The translations under genes and the position numbers were made by a program. Below the pieces are notes generated by a model, which did not search any database, was not told where the DNA came from, and worked only from the letters and a program-made list of their open reading frames with translations. Positions 21,809 through 31,200 of a DNA stretch of 32,000 nucleotides are shown in pieces; the stretch's first letter is position 1; every line of letters starts with the position of its first letter. The DNA comes from Blochmannia endosymbiont of Camponotus modoc (GTDB lineage: Bacteria > Pseudomonadota > Gammaproteobacteria > Enterobacterales > Enterobacteriaceae): positions 450,001-482,000 of the forward strand of contig NZ_CP097765.1 of assembly GCF_023585785.1 (NCBI RefSeq). Reading direction: 5' to 3'.

Positions 21809-24800
21809 CTAAAAATCAAGCTTATATAATATATCAACCGCTTGTTGGTTGCTGCCGGACGTAACTTCTAAATACAGTTGCGAACACAAGCAATAACGTA
21901 CCGTTATTGTTGTCAATAAATCAAAAATGCCAATTCCATATTTAATTTGCAGACCAGGAGCAATATATCCACTTAACGCAACCAACGGTGCGGTACCAAT
22001 ATCTTGAGTATTTAATGTTAAATCTTGAACACCAAATATCTTTCCTATTTTGTTAATAAACTTCTCGCTATTCCTAACAGTTGCTCCGATTAATAGCGAT
22101 GTTACTATGTTCGTATCTGTATTCAAAGGAATTACATTTTTACTGCCGCCTAATAAATAAGATGTTATCTCTTGTGGGGAAAGAGATAATGAATCAGAGA
22201 AAATTTCTATTTTTGGTTGACTAAAGGTACCAGTAATTCGTATACCAACTATACTCCCTTCTTTTTCTTTAATACTAGAAGGATCACAAATTGCTTCAAT
22301 ATCGATATATGGTTGGTTTATCGCTCCAGAAAACAATAATTGTCCTTTTCGTATTATCAAATTTTGTCCATATGCTTGAAAACAACCAGAAGGTATGTCA
22401 ATATGGCCTGTTAATGCTAAGTGATTTTTATTGTATTCAATTTCTAAATTACCTCTTAATTTTGTACGAAAACCCAATCCGTTAAAATTAACATCATTGC
22501 CAAGGCATACGTTAATATTAGCAGAAAAAGAAATAAATAAATTTTTAGAATTATTTAAAATCAGTTGGAAATTATCATCTAACAAAATTTCCTCTGAAGA
22601 AATATTTGTTATATTTTTTGAATACTCCTTCACTTCAATATGAGCCCAAGGGATTTCAACATTGCCTTCTATATGAATTTTTTCTGAAGTAATTGTACAA
22701 GTAAAATCAGGAGATATCTTCATTTTTATTTCTGGAGACATACAAAAATTAATTTGGTTGCCTCGTATTTTAAAAAATGCACGTATATTATTAATAGAAT
22801 CAAAATTCATAATATTCCCATTTAAATGCAACCTGTATCCATAATCCGTATCTATTGTTCCATTTAATACAGCATGATCCCCAAAGAATTTTATAAAAAA
22901 TTGACCATTTTTTACAAAAAATAGCGTATCAGGTTTATTAAAATTAAAATTTTTTAATTGTCCTGTACCATAAATTTTTATGTGATGTTTATATCCATCA
23001 AAATAAAGATTTAAATTTAATAATCCATTTATAGGTTCTTGTAACGAAATCAATGAATTAAAAAAAGATACTAACGAAACATTTTTAACGTATACATTTC
23101 CTACTAATTTAGATGTATTATGTAATTTAGTTATTTTAAACAATCCATGGATTTGATCATCATCTCCAATGTTCATGAACCACTTGCAATACGAAGTAGT
23201 TTGTGTCAATACGATTTTTGCAGTTATATTATTTATTGTAATCGGAAAAATTTCAGATTCTTCAATAGCAGATTTAATGTTACATTGATTTCCTGAAAAT
23301 GAAATTATACCCTTGGGTAATAAGGTTCCTAATATCCAATAACAATCTGTACAATATATACGAACAGTATGCATGTTCATTAATCTTGGTAATAAAATTT
23401 TTAAAGAAACTACATTTAAATTTTTAAATGCATCATTCACTTTATTCAATATGTTCTCTTTTAAAACATGAGAAATAGGGATTGTGCAATCAACAACTTC
23501 CCAGTAATGTGAATTAAGGATAACTTTTCGAGTTAAATATTGATAAGTAAGAACAATATCTTGCATTAATTTCCATGTTCCTATTGAAGTAACAATGTTT
23601 GTTTTATTAATTTTACTATTCCAAGTTTTATGAAAAAGATCTAAATTTCCAAAAAGCTTTACTTGACCAGATAACATATCGCCATAAGCAACTAAATCCA
23701 AATAATGTTCTTTAATATTACCTTGTCCTTGCATAATTAATTTACGTAACGATAAAATTCCACACTTTATCTGATTTGCTTGAAAAAAAATTTTGCTTTG
23801 TATAACAGTATCATAACAAATATCCCCGTTTATCATTATTTTATCAAAATTAATGTTTTTATCGTGCCAATACAAGGAACATGCATCAATATTTAACAAC
23901 AGTCTAGGAGAATATTTAACGGGACTATATAATTTAAATTTCCCATATACACTACCATTTAATCCAGGTATAAGCACGTTGCAATCTGGCGCCGCAAACA
24001 CAATGTTAAAAATAGAATCTCTTTTCAAATCTTCTTGTATTTTTAACACATTAGGACCCCATTTAATTAGTAATGAGGGTATTTTCCATGTACCAGTTGA
24101 ATTATTGTATAATATGCCTATGCATGAAATACTATTATTTTCTATACTCCCATTGAGATTTAAATCAGATATTGTTATGTCCCAAGCGTCAGAACATACA
24201 TGTCCTTGCATATTGATGTTACCTGACAAATTTATAGGACATTTTAACCATTTTTGAAAAATATTTATTTTGTTTAACACACACATACTGTCCCAACTAA
24301 TTATATCACCCACCCAATTAACCATTCCTTGTATATCAAGATATTCTTCTAATGCAGTCATTCTTAATTTAGAAATAGAACAACTATTAACATCTCCCTG
24401 AGCGCTCATAACTATATGTACTAATGATGAAAATTGAGCGCTACTTAATTTAGATGTTATCTGAATGGAATAATTTTTTATTTCACCATTGACAGATACA
24501 TCAAGCTCTTCTATTAAATAATCATTCTTTCCTAAAAAAGAAAGTGGTATTTTTCTACCAACTATAGATATAGTTATGGGCGTACCAAATTGTATTATCT
24601 TAGTTTTTAATAATACATGTACTGTAGAAATAACACCTAAAAAATCACAATAAAGGCGTATCTCATTATATAATTCTCCTACGATAACTAATTTTATTTT
24701 ACTTACGTCCTTTTTCTTTATATTGGTAGAATTACTACTAGTATTAAAATGATATTTCGTATAATTGAGGCTTATATTGATTGGGTAATACTCTTTAAAT

Positions 24801-25657
24801 ATTATGCTACCTATTGCATTAAGGTATCCATATGGACATTTAAGATTCAACTTAATATTTGCAGTCTGATTATATAAATATGTCTGTAAATAAAAATAAT
24901 TAATAATATAAGAATTATTATTATCAAAAATATAAAAATTCTCTCCTGTTATATCCTTTAGAATTATATTTATAGGAAGATTAAAAGAAGGTAATATTAT
25001 TAATAATTTACTAGACAATGATTTTAGTAAATACTTTATATTTCGTTGATTATTACTATACTTATATATATCTATCGCATTGGTTGTTATATTTAATGCA
25101 TTTACATCGGGAATATTTAAAACTGCTCCTTTAATATTTACAGGTAAAATTGTCAATAAATTGTCTTGAAATGTTAATTCAGTATCTAATTTGGTTACTT
25201 CAAACGTAATGTTATTTAAATGAATACAAGTATTATTCAATACTATATTCTTTAATATTACTGGGAATGGGATAGAAAAAGTATTATCTATTTTTATCCC
25301 TTCGTATTTTTTATCTAATTTATTCGTCGCATCGTTTTTTTTTATTTTTATACAAACATCTTCCAAAAAAAGATGATTAATATATATTTTTTTATTCCAT
25401 ATATCTTTTAGATTTAAAAAAACATCACATTTATCAACGTTAATTACACCTATCGAGGTTTCATATACTAAATGAGTTATATTAAAATTACCCCAAGTTC
25501 CAGAAACAGAATCAAATTCTAAACCAGGAATACAATACGTAATTCCTGTAAAAGTTAAATATGCTCCTATATTAGTACCTAATAAAAACACAAAAAATCC
25601 ACATACTATTGATATCCATAATAAAAAAATAACATAGATTTTTTTTATAAAAATCAT
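21809..25657 (-). CDS. tamB: Translocation and assembly module subunit TamB (YtfN)
   Basis: The 1282-aa ORF compares with about 1259 aa for E. coli TamB. It has an N-terminal signal-anchor (IYVIFLLWISIVCGFFVFLLG). The N-terminus parallels E. coli (FLLGTNIG..PGLEFDSVSGTWGNF vs FLVGTTSG..PGLDIGKVTGGWRDL). A DUF490-like C-terminus is present (LYLEVTSGSNQQAVDILYKLDF). The start overlaps the tamA stop by 4 nt (ATGA at 25654-25657). Confidence 0.88.
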   Translation of the reverse strand: MIFIKKIYVIFLLWISIVCGFFVFLLGTNIGAYLTFTGITYCIPGLEFDSVSGTWGNFNITHLVYETSIGVINVDKCDVFLNLKDIWNKKIYINHLFLEDVCIKIKKNDATNKLDKKYEGIKIDNTFSIPFPVILKNIVLNNTCIHLNNITFEVTKLDTELTFQDNLLTILPVNIKGAVLNIPDVNALNITTNAIDIYKYSNNQRNIKYLLKSLSSKLLIILPSFNLPINIILKDITGENFYIFDNNNSYIINYFYLQTYLYNQTANIKLNLKCPYGYLNAIGSIIFKEYYPINISLNYTKYHFNTSSNSTNIKKKDVSKIKLVIVGELYNEIRLYCDFLGVISTVHVLLKTKIIQFGTPITISIVGRKIPLSFLGKNDYLIEELDVSVNGEIKNYSIQITSKLSSAQFSSLVHIVMSAQGDVNSCSISKLRMTALEEYLDIQGMVNWVGDIISWDSMCVLNKINIFQKWLKCPINLSGNINMQGHVCSDAWDITISDLNLNGSIENNSISCIGILYNNSTGTWKIPSLLIKWGPNVLKIQEDLKRDSIFNIVFAAPDCNVLIPGLNGSVYGKFKLYSPVKYSPRLLLNIDACSLYWHDKNINFDKIMINGDICYDTVIQSKIFFQANQIKCGILSLRKLIMQGQGNIKEHYLDLVAYGDMLSGQVKLFGNLDLFHKTWNSKINKTNIVTSIGTWKLMQDIVLTYQYLTRKVILNSHYWEVVDCTIPISHVLKENILNKVNDAFKNLNVVSLKILLPRLMNMHTVRIYCTDCYWILGTLLPKGIISFSGNQCNIKSAIEESEIFPITINNITAKIVLTQTTSYCKWFMNIGDDDQIHGLFKITKLHNTSKLVGNVYVKNVSLVSFFNSLISLQEPINGLLNLNLYFDGYKHHIKIYGTGQLKNFNFNKPDTLFFVKNGQFFIKFFGDHAVLNGTIDTDYGYRLHLNGNIMNFDSINNIRAFFKIRGNQINFCMSPEIKMKISPDFTCTITSEKIHIEGNVEIPWAHIEVKEYSKNITNISSEEILLDDNFQLILNNSKNLFISFSANINVCLGNDVNFNGLGFRTKLRGNLEIEYNKNHLALTGHIDIPSGCFQAYGQNLIIRKGQLLFSGAINQPYIDIEAICDPSSIKEKEGSIVGIRITGTFSQPKIEIFSDSLSLSPQEITSYLLGGSKNVIPLNTDTNIVTSLLIGATVRNSEKFINKIGKIFGVQDLTLNTQDIGTAPLVALSGYIAPGLQIKYGIGIFDLLTTITVRYCLCSQLYLEVTSGSNQQAVDILYKLDF

Positions 25658-27416
25658 AAATCTGGTCCTAAACTGACGTATAAATATAAAAAATGATGAT
25701 TTATCTTGCCTTTATGAATCAATGGAGTTGCTACGTCCAATTTTATAGGACCTATTGGTAATTTCCAGCGCGCTCCAATACCTATACCAGATTTAAAACT
25801 ATTCCATTTGATATCATTAGTAATCTCTCCTGCGTCTATAAAAATAGCTCCCCACCATTTATTAATTACATTATATTGATATTCAAATGTAGTAGTAATA
25901 AGTTTAGTAGCGACACCTACAAAAGATTCAGAATTATCATAAGGATACAAAGATTTATATTTATATCCACGGATACCATTGTTTACATTGGAAAAAAATC
26001 GCAACATTAAATCAACAGATGAAAAATTGTTGGTATTTATCCAACTTAAGTTTCCACGAGCCAAAATACGATGTTTTTTTAATAATGTCCGAACCCAAAC
26101 ATTTTGAACTTGCACAGCAATAAAATTAACATCCGATCTCCAACAATTATTAGATATATTGATTGAATAATTCTGACTATCTCCCCAATACGGTATTATT
26201 TCTCCACGTTTTCGAATACGAGACACATTTATCCCTGGATAAATCAACATTATATTTTTAATGATATAATTATTAGAACAATGATTAAAGTGCCAATGCA
26301 CATTAATTGAACGTTGCCATTTATGGGAACAATTCCAATAACGAGCTATATTTATGGTCATAACACTAGACCGAACATTATGTGTATCTTCATGTATCAA
26401 CCCTCCTTGTAATAAATAATATTCTTCTAATGGATTAGAAAACAATGGAATTTTATAACTTAAGTCAAAAACTTGTTCTGGCTTAGATAAACTAAAATTA
26501 GTTTCTAAACTATGTCCATGTGCGTTAATCCACGGTTTTTTCCAAATGATTTTAGTTCTAGGGCCTGTATCGATAGCATAACCAGATCCAGTTGCAAAAT
26601 TATTTTTTGCACAAGGATAGAGAAAAATATCTAATATTATTTTTTTTTTTTGTTGAGGACGCATATAATCTGAAGAAATCGATATTGATTCAAACCAATT
26701 AGTGTAAGAAAATCGGCGATTTAATTCCATAACAGATGTAGCACTGTAATATTCTCCCGATCGTATATTAGATATTTTTTTTAAATAATCTTCCTTAATT
26801 TGACTACCATGAAACTTAATTTTTTCAAAAACATAACGCTGACCACTATAAAAATCTATGTTCCAAACGCTCTGACAACGAGAAGGCATGACAATAAGTT
26901 GACTATTTTGGAACTTGGCATCAAAATATCCTTTAAATAAAGCTAAGTTATATAGTTTATTTTTAAACTGTTCATAATCATTGTGATTCAATCTTTTCCC
27001 AATAAAAGATTTGCTATCTTTTATTATTTTCTGGTAATCAACGTCCTTTATACCATCTCCTCGTATAACGACATTTACTTCAGTAACTACAACTGGATCC
27101 CCAGGGTCAACTTTAATAACTAATAGATCGGAGTTTTTGTTCAAAGACTTAAGTGGAAAAAAAATCAATGTAGGGGCATAATAACCTAGTGGGCGTAGTC
27201 CAGTTCTAATTGCATTGTCTATTTTTTTTTTAAATCTGAATCTATATGCTTTACATTAGTATGTATATTCAATAATTTTTGGCGTACATTATAATCTAAT
27301 TCACTATTTAATCCTTCTACTTTTAAATTGATGCTACTATTACATATTAGTGGTGTAAAAAAATACATTATTAAATACAACCGTATTGTCATATACTTTT
27401 TCAGATCCTTAAACAT
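25654..27416 (-). CDS. tamA: Translocation and assembly module outer-membrane subunit TamA (YtfM), interrupted by a -1/+2 frame break in an A10 tract (pseudogene or slippage-dependent gene)
   Basis: There are two collinear pieces. ORF 27219-27416 encodes the signal peptide plus INLKVEGLNSELDYNVRQKL, matching E. coli [20 protein letters not shown]. The frame ending at 25654 is open from just after the A-tract and continues DNAIRTGLRPLGYYAPT, matching E. coli DDAIREGLKALGYYQPT. It then runs through POTRA-like regions and the Omp85 barrel (RFFSNVNNGIRGYKY, GIGIGARW). The TTG start given in the ORF track (27168) is an artefact. The best start is the ATG at 27416, with AAGGA 8 nt upstream. Confidence 0.85.
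27222..27231 (-). repeat. A10 homopolymer (T10 on + strand) at the tamA frame break
   Basis: The minus strand reads GAT TTA AAA AAA AAA TAG ACA ATG. With 11 A (or 8 A) it reads TTA AAA AAA AAA ATA GAC AAT GCA, giving LKKKIDNA, which is in frame with the rest of tamA. Confidence 0.95.
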
Positions 27417-27610
27417 ATACCGAATCCTTGACTATATCAAATATTTAAATAAAGTAATGTTCATACTCCATTAATACACTATATTATATATAACCCTTGT
27501 AAAAACATAGTATATAATTTACATGTATTAAATGTAATATACACATATTTTATAATTTTAAAACATAAAACCCATTTAAAAAAAACATATTAATAAATTA
27601 ACAATCCAAA

Positions 27611-27659
27611 CACTGATAGTAATTATTTATCTAACTAATATAAATAATTACTATCAGTG
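27611..27659 (-). terminator. Candidate intrinsic terminator of cysQ (20-bp perfect stem, 9-nt loop)
   Basis: cactgatagtaattatttat (27611-27630) is the exact reverse complement of ataaataattactatcagtg (27640-27659). The hairpin starts 11 nt after the cysQ TGA (27671-27673). On the minus strand it is followed by TTTGGATTGTTAATTT. Confidence 0.45.
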
Positions 27660-27670
27660 CATATAATCAA

Positions 27671-28426
27671 TCAATGCGATGAAACTTGAAAACCAGGATT
27701 TAAAAAAGACTGATTGATATTTTTATAATGCAATGGATTACCATTCCAATCATTAACAACGGCGCCAGCTGCTCTAGCGATTACATGACCAGCAGCCGTG
27801 TCCCAAATTTTAGTACAAGAAAATCTTGGATAAAATTGAGCACTACCTTCTGCTATTAAACAAAATTTAAATGAAGATCCAATATTAACAATTTTATAGT
27901 TTTTCAACCTGTTTAAAAAATTATATAACTTATATTGATCGCAACAAAAATTACTACGACTCATCACTACAATTGGATAACGAGACATACGTACTGCAAT
28001 ATTTATACGTTCTCCTCTAGCATTAATCTTCCATACTTGTCCATTATCTGCAGCATATAACACATTATACACAGGAACATACACTACTCCCATAATAGGT
28101 TGACCGTACTCAACGAAAGCAATGTTAACAGTGAATTCGCCATTGCGTAATAAGAACTCTTTCGTTCCATCTAAAGGATCTATTAACCAAAAACAACTTC
28201 TATCTCTACATTCCCTCCATGTAGTAATATCTTCTTCAGATAAAATTGGAACTTCAGGTGTCAAATTTTTTAAACAGTACACGATCACCTTATGAGAGAA
28301 CAAATCAGCATTAGTTACAGGAGATGTATCTAACTTTTTATACGCGTTTAACTTTAAACCTCCATTATAAATCCTCATAATTTCTATTCCAGCTTTACGA
28401 GCAATACAACTTATTTTTTCAACCAT
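27671..28426 (-). CDS. cysQ: 3'(2'),5'-bisphosphate nucleotidase CysQ
   Basis: The ORF carries SPVTNADL, PILSEED, WLIDPLDGTKEF, GEFTVNIA, WDTAAGH and FLNPGF. Homology to E. coli CysQ (246 aa) begins at MVEKISCIARKAGIEIMRIY (ATG at 28426). The 24 upstream codons in the ORF track have no counterpart. The start is uncertain because no clear SD is visible. Confidence 0.9.
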   Translation of the reverse strand: MVEKISCIARKAGIEIMRIYNGGLKLNAYKKLDTSPVTNADLFSHKVIVYCLKNLTPEVPILSEEDITTWRECRDRSCFWLIDPLDGTKEFLLRNGEFTVNIAFVEYGQPIMGVVYVPVYNVLYAADNGQVWKINARGERINIAVRMSRYPIVVMSRSNFCCDQYKLYNFLNRLKNYKIVNIGSSFKFCLIAEGSAQFYPRFSCTKIWDTAAGHVIARAAGAVVNDWNGNPLHYKNINQSFLNPGFQVSSH

Positions 28427-28708
28427 TTTATGATAAAAAATCATCATACATATCCTTAATAAATTTTTGCGCACTCCATAGCATAAATCCGAAAACACAA
28501 TATAGTAACAGTAGATTTATAAAATGCATACTTAGTTTTAAGGAATCATATACTATAATTATTAATTGAAATAAAAGATACGCACACTCGTGTTTATATC
28601 TCTTTCCGCAAAACATATATACTTTAATATTCTTGTATTACAATAATTAAAAAATTTTAATAAATTTTTTACGATAAATAATGATAAAAATTATTGTATT
28701 AATTATAA

Positions 28709-29179
28709 TTATTTACTCTTAAGTATTTCATCAAGAATAATGACGTTTATTTTAGAAAAAATATCATTATAAATATGAATATTTATGCTATATGTACCAA
28801 TAGTTCTTAATACATCATGATTAGGTAATCTAATCTGAGATTTAGAAATATTAAAACCAGAAGCTGCTGTAATTGCAGTAGCTATATCACGAGAACCAAT
28901 GGAACCAAACAATTTCCCTTCAACACCTGATTTAGCTTTAATAGTAATACTACCTAACTTATTAATGGTTTTTGCGCAAAATTCAGCCTGAGTTTGCGCC
29001 TCTATAGCTTTAGCTTGTAACTCAATCTGTTGTGCTTTAAATATTTCAATATTTTTTTTTGTAGCTGGCATTGCTTTAGATTTTGGTATTAAAAAATTAC
29101 GGGCATAACCTGAACGCACAATAATTTCTGATCCCATATTTCCAAGTTTATCGATATTGTCCAGCAAAATAATCTTCAT
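28709..29179 (-). CDS. rplI: 50S ribosomal protein L9
   Basis: MKIILLDNIDKLGNMGSEIIVRSGYARNFLIPKSKA matches E. coli [36 protein letters not shown]. I prefer the ATG at 29179 (GGAA about 7 nt upstream) to the track start at 29191. Confidence 0.93.
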   Translation of the reverse strand: MKIILLDNIDKLGNMGSEIIVRSGYARNFLIPKSKAMPATKKNIEIFKAQQIELQAKAIEAQTQAEFCAKTINKLGSITIKAKSGVEGKLFGSIGSRDIATAITAASGFNISKSQIRLPNHDVLRTIGTYSINIHIYNDIFSKINVIILDEILKSK

Positions 29180-29233
29180 TGTTATTTCCATTATAAAATA
29201 TACAAATCATATTCATTCACAAAGCATTACACT

Positions 29234-29461
29234 TTACTGATGATGATCAGTATATGGTAGTAAAGACAGATAACGCGCTCTCTTAATGGCACGTGCTAAC
29301 TGCCGTTGATATCTTGCTCGCGTTCCAGTGATTCTACTTGGAATGATCTTTCCGCTTTCTATAATAGAATGCTGTATTGTGACAAGATCTTTATAATCAA
29401 TATTAATGCATTTTTCCGCCGTAAACCTACAAAATTTGCGATGACGTACAAAACGTGCCAT
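29234..29461 (-). CDS. rpsR: 30S ribosomal protein S18
   Basis: The ATG at 29461 gives 75 aa, as in E. coli ([16 protein letters not shown]; [31 protein letters not shown]). GGAG lies 6 nt upstream. The track start at 29473 lies within that SD. Confidence 0.95.
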   Translation of the reverse strand: MARFVRHRKFCRFTAEKCINIDYKDLVTIQHSIIESGKIIPSRITGTRARYQRQLARAIKRARYLSLLPYTDHHQ

Positions 29462-29707
29462 AATTAACTCCATACTTCATTATAAAAATACATATAAGTG
29501 AGTGTAATCAACTTTTTTACAATTAAAATTGTTATCTTTCTCCACATTAAAAATCTATCAATATATTTCTATGCTTGCAATTATTATTTTTACTACAAAA
29601 AATTTACAAAAATACACTAAACCAACACAATACTGAATATATTTAAATAAAACTGTCAACTTATTTACTTCGTACTTGAGCCCATATGTATTTCATTATA
29701 CTATGTA

Positions 29708-30055
29708 TTAGGTTGTATAATGCTCTTTGTTTTCTTCTCTTTTTTTCATCATAAGAGATGGTTCAACTACTGCATGTTTAGTTCGTACAATCATACTACG
29801 TATAATATTTTTATTAAAACGAAAATCATCATTTAATTCTTTGACAGTATCTTGAGATGCTTCTATATTCAATAAAACATAATAAGCTTTACAAAGCTTA
29901 TTAACTGGATATGCTAATTGGCGACGTCCCCAATTTTCTATGCGATGAACTTTACCTTGAGCATTAGTAACAATTGTTGTATAGCGATTGATTATGCTAG
30001 ATATTTCTTCGCTAAAATCAGGATGTACCATAAAAACTATTTCATAATAACGCAT
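29708..30055 (-). CDS. rpsF: 30S ribosomal protein S6
   Basis: The 115-aa ORF carries [13 protein letters not shown] and [21 protein letters not shown] lies about 8 nt upstream. It lacks the acidic C-terminal tail of E. coli S6. Confidence 0.95.
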   Translation of the reverse strand: MRYYEIVFMVHPDFSEEISSIINRYTTIVTNAQGKVHRIENWGRRQLAYPVNKLCKAYYVLLNIEASQDTVKELNDDFRFNKNIIRSMIVRTKHAVVEPSLMMKKREENKEHYTT

Positions 30056-30227
30056 ATATTATTTTCCTTTCATTGTCAATCTTCCACTTGTATTGAAAGT
30101 AACAACATTCTTAAAAAATTATAGATATTTATATTTTTACGTGTTTATCCTTAAATAATTTTTTATATAAATTCTCAAACTTCATCTTCTATGAAGCAGA
30201 CCATACCATATATGATGTCAATCATCA

Positions 30228-30971
30228 TTATTTATATTGCCAACGCTGTCTTAATGCTTCAAACAAACATATTCCTGTAGCTACTGAGACATTAAGCGAT
30301 GTCGCAACTCCTAACATTGGGATAGTAACTAATTCATCGCATTTTTTCTGAGTCAGATAACGAATACCATTCCCCTCGGAACCCATTACAAAAGCTAACG
30401 GCCTAATTAATTTGCTGTTAAAAATTAGACGTTGTGATTGCATTACAGTGCCAATAATCCAGATATTATATTTTTTAAGTAATTGTAACGTTCTAATTAA
30501 ATTAGTTACTTGCATAAAAGGTATATTATCTACAGATCCACTGGCCACTTTTCTAACCGTTCCATTTAAACATGCTGAACGATTACGTGGTGCAATGACT
30601 ATGTGTGCCCCGGCTGCATCTGCAGATCTCAAACATGCACCCAAATTATGTGGATCAGTCACTCCATCTAATATCACTAATAATGGGGTAGTTTTACATT
30701 GCTTTAAGAAATCCGGTAAATCATTTTCTTTTATACAATCATTGGGAACTATTTTAACAACAATACCTTGATGCAACGCACCTTGCGTTTGAATATCTAA
30801 CTGTCGACGACTACATTCTCGAATGCTAATTCGACGTTGTTTTATTTGATCAATTAACAATTTCAAACGCAAATCTTTAGATTTCTGCATAATACATACA
30901 GACAAAATTCGATGTGAATAATTATCTAAAACTGATTTTACTGCATGTATGCCGTATACTAATTCACTCAT
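30228..30971 (-). CDS. rlmB: 23S rRNA (Gm2251) 2'-O-methyltransferase RlmB
   Basis: The 247-aa ORF (E. coli 243 aa) carries MSELVYGIHAV, LDGVTDPHNLGACLRSADAAG and the SpoU C-terminal knot SLNVSVATGICLFEA. Confidence 0.93.
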   Translation of the reverse strand: MSELVYGIHAVKSVLDNYSHRILSVCIMQKSKDLRLKLLIDQIKQRRISIRECSRRQLDIQTQGALHQGIVVKIVPNDCIKENDLPDFLKQCKTTPLLVILDGVTDPHNLGACLRSADAAGAHIVIAPRNRSACLNGTVRKVASGSVDNIPFMQVTNLIRTLQLLKKYNIWIIGTVMQSQRLIFNSKLIRPLAFVMGSEGNGIRYLTQKKCDELVTIPMLGVATSLNVSVATGICLFEALRQRWQYK

Positions 30972-31200
30972 TTCATTTATTAAAATAATTACTTCAACAT
31001 ACAGTATTGCAATAAATTTTTAAAGTATTCCATATACTATTATTATGAGAGTCATCAATTTAAATATAACTAAGATGATTTATTTAAATATTTTATTTAT
31101 CGTAACCGTATTTCTAATACAATTAGAAATATAACTTAATATTTATTTACCACACAAATAATCCTCTATTCAAAATAAGGTATCAATTTCTTCATATCAA

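Noticed and set aside
23853-24257. 134-aa plus-strand ORF, and the smaller plus-strand ORFs at 22291-22485 and 22431-22643
   Set aside because: All are antisense within tamB and have no recognisable motifs. Such ORFs are expected by chance opposite a 3.8-kb gene.
27166-27168. TTG start of the 504-aa tamA ORF in the track
   Set aside because: The frame is open upstream and keeps matching TamA (DNAIRTGLRPLGYYAPT) back to the A10 tract. This is therefore a frameshift boundary, not a real start.
28428-28616. 62-aa minus-strand ORF upstream of cysQ
   Set aside because: It lies in the rplI-cysQ spacer and ends at the start codon I prefer for cysQ. It is hydrophobic and low-complexity, with no SD and no recognisable family. 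It could in principle be a small membrane peptide, but nothing supports that.
30412-30771. 119-aa plus-strand ORF
   Set aside because: It is antisense to rlmB, which is well supported.
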